A stretch of 64,000 nt of DNA from Magallana gigas (taxonomy: Eukaryota), in the NCBI RefSeq assembly GCF_963853765.1, contig NC_088862.1, forward strand, positions 28,210,001-28,274,000. The letters are read 5' to 3'. Positions 61,466 through 64,000 of the stretch are shown one piece after another (within the stretch, counting starts at the first letter, position 1; each line of letters starts with the position of its first letter). Below the pieces are notes generated by a model. That model did no database searches, was not told the origin of the DNA, and worked only from the letters and a program-made list of their open reading frames with translations. The translations under genes and the position numbers were made by a program.

Positions 61466-63682
61466 ATGGGAGAAGATAATCTAACTGTGGTTAACGTATC
61501 AGGCTCCAGTATCGTTAAATACAAGCCTGTGTTCTCTGCAGATTCAAAGTAAGTACCTCTTTGTTTCGATAGCTGTATTTGATTGTCAAATGTGAACAAA
61601 AATCGTAAGTTAACAAAAAAACTTTGTGGAAGTTTTTGTAAATAAATATCCTCAGAAATGTCATGTGCTTCACAGTTAAAAATATGCAAACATGTTAAAT
61701 GTATGTTCTATTTTAATAGATGCTTGTTCGTTTTGTCTGGAAAAAACATCAAGGTATACAATGTTAACAGCGGAGAATGTATGCACTACTTAATCGGTCA
61801 TTATGACGAAGTCACGGGCGCCTTGGTCAACCCAAAGAATAAACTTCAGGTATATTAAGTTCCGTGTTTTTTTCGCGAATGTTCATATCGATCATTTGTT
61901 GTTGTTTTTTTTTACAAGACCCCCCCCCCCCTAAATAAAATCAAGGAACCATAAGTAGTATGTTATCAGAATTTGTATGGAGTTAAAAATTGAAAACATT
62001 GATAAAAAATAAATAGGATATACATGTATATCCTATAGTCTATCCCTTGGTATTTATGCCACTCATTTTCTTATTATTTTCTATTTATAAATACCTCTGG
62101 GTTAAAACAATGTTCATTCTGTTGTTCAAAAGTATGAACATATCCCACTATTTCCCCTTTGATATGCCCCCACTAGCTTGTAAGGTTTCAATACACAGCT
62201 AATAATAAAAAGTCGAAGGGGATTTTGCATTGCAGAAGAGATGAAACCCTCAGTTACAAATGTAATAACATTGAAAGACTGTGAGGTATTTTGAGTGACT
62301 TCTGAATGGAGAAAAAAATGTAAACATTTCTCATTAAAAATCTCTGTTAGAAATCTGTTTTTGTTTCTGTGAATTTTTCCGAGAGAACAATGATAATGTT
62401 TCAATGAAGATATCTTGGAAATATTCCCTTTCATCTGTTTCAATTGCACTTCTTTCACATGAATGCACATTGTGTATTTATTAATTATAGTCCAAATGAT
62501 CTGCATAGATATCTTGAAACAGACTATAATAGTAGCTTTAAAACTCAGAAATTGTTTGTGACAGTGTAGGGTGCAAGCAAGGTTTGCATAAATCTACAGA
62601 ACGAAAATAATGAGTGGTTGCTAAAAATAATGTGAATAGAAGTAATAAGAAATCATCTTTGAATATTGTGAGGTGATATAATAATCGGGGCGAGATCAAA
62701 TCTTTCATAAAGCCCTTCTGGCTGTATTGGATTTGATCATGCCCGAACCAGTATTATCACCTCATAACCTTATTCCTTAAATAAGATTGTAAAGAATATT
62801 CTTAATATTGTAGATAAAAATTTTGACATAAATCATTGCTTTGTTTTTTCTTTCAATAGCTCTTTAGCTCCTCCTTAGATGAGACCATTATACTTTGGGA
62901 CTCTGCAGATGGAGTTATTTTGAAGGTATGAATAGTGAGTTAGGATATATCCCTGTAATCCTGAACAATATGTTTTAGTAAGCAGTATTTGTGGCATATT
63001 TTGTGCATTAAGTTTTCACCAAAAAAAATTGGTATGTTAATAATAAAGCCAATATATTGAGTGGACTGAAATCCCCCCCCCCCAAAAAAAAATTGTATAT
63101 GGTAGCCTTTTAGATTTTATGCTGTATGTTATATTAGGCTTAGTTTGAATCATATAAGAATACAATCATGTAAGAATCATATTTTGGTTAAAAGAAAAAT
63201 CAGGAAAATTGTTCCTTCTTTTTACAGCGTTACTCCCTCCATGCTCCAATATACGGCCTCATTGGGTTTACAAAAGATGAAAGTAATATTTATGTCATGG
63301 TTCGTTGGTATCCGAAAGGAGTAGATGACAAGATTCCTACACAGGGTTTGTGTGATTTTATTGTTATTTCAAGTGATAGACAGACAATATTTTCTCATAA
63401 GGCCTTAAATTGATATGTGGATTGTATTGTTTTCCATGTGATTGGGAACACAGTATTAAATTAATTGAACTTTTCTATCATTTTCATTATATCACCAAAT
63501 AATAGAATTGGGCCCCATGAGATCTTGATCAAGCACAATTCGACTTATCCTTATGCTGAATTTAATTTGAATGTAATTTGTGTCCAGATCATGATATCAG
63601 TGAATACGACCCTAAAACTGGATCACTTACTATGCGACTGAAGAAAGTTTTAAAGAGAAGACTCGTTGATGTAGGGGCAAAG
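61466..63682 (+). CDS. WDR75: WD repeat protein 75 (UTP17/NAN1, t-UTP ribosome biogenesis factor), first five exons; continues beyond window
   Basis: Exons 61466-61548, 61720-61849, 62860-62925, 63228-63345, 63588-63682 with consistent phases. PVFSADSKCLFVLSGKNIKVYNVNSGECMHYLIGH..VTGALVNPKNKLQLFSSSLDETIILWD matches the WDR75 N-terminus as I recall it. Confidence 0.85.
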
Positions 63683-64000
63683 GTAATTCTTTTTTTTTTT
63701 TATCCCAGCAAACGACTTATGAAAAAATCCATATTTTAGAAGTAAACATGGATATTTTCATCTGTCAATTACTACACCAAAGCAAAGTGTAATCAGTTAG
63801 CATTTACTTAAAGACATTACTTCCTTGATATCAAAAATATGCATGTTACATGTAGTAAGGGAATTCACTCTTAAAAACAAATATTTTCTTCTCTGACACA
63901 TATGTAGTGAAAAGTACTACTAAGTGACGTTATTGTTTAAAATTGCCATACAGTGTGAAATTTTTTTTGTATCCTATTAAAAAATGATAATATACACGGT

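Noticed and set aside
62126-62506. 126-aa minus-strand ORF inside WDR75 intron 2
   Set aside because: No motif, AT-rich codons, no splice or homology evidence.
1-64000. CRISPR arrays, rRNA genes or prokaryotic operons
   Set aside because: None seen; the tandem repeats have two units without spacers and the genes are intron-containing eukaryotic genes.

Overview
AT-rich eukaryotic DNA with spliceosomal introns, probably a bivalve (oyster-like); this taxon call is an inference from gene families and repeat style. The main feature is a structurally complete, very recent Ty3/Gypsy LTR retrotransposon on the minus strand (6201-17442). It has 1.66-kb LTRs differing at about 3 sites, a GAGAG target-site duplication, PBS, PPT, gag, a UUUAAAC plus pseudoknot -1 frameshift signal, and PR-RT-RH-IN with one frame break in the protease. 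In the env position it carries a non-env third ORF (two C2H2-like zinc fingers, coiled coil, Arg/Ser-rich tail) with its own splice acceptor. Together with hairpins and a donor site in the LTR, this suggests a regulatory system like those of complex retroviruses; it is the best candidate for an undescribed system here. The element lies in an intron of a damaged member of a tandem family of small EGF-domain membrane proteins (one intact copy at 21110-22553). Other genes: an intronless class A GPCR with an NRY motif, a GPI-type Ly6/quiver-like gene, a CUB-LDLa-TM receptor, and the 5' part of WDR75 head-to-head with it. There are many non-autonomous DNA transposons and two N gaps. No rRNA, bona fide tRNA or CRISPR array was found. 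All coordinates and comparisons were made by eye.
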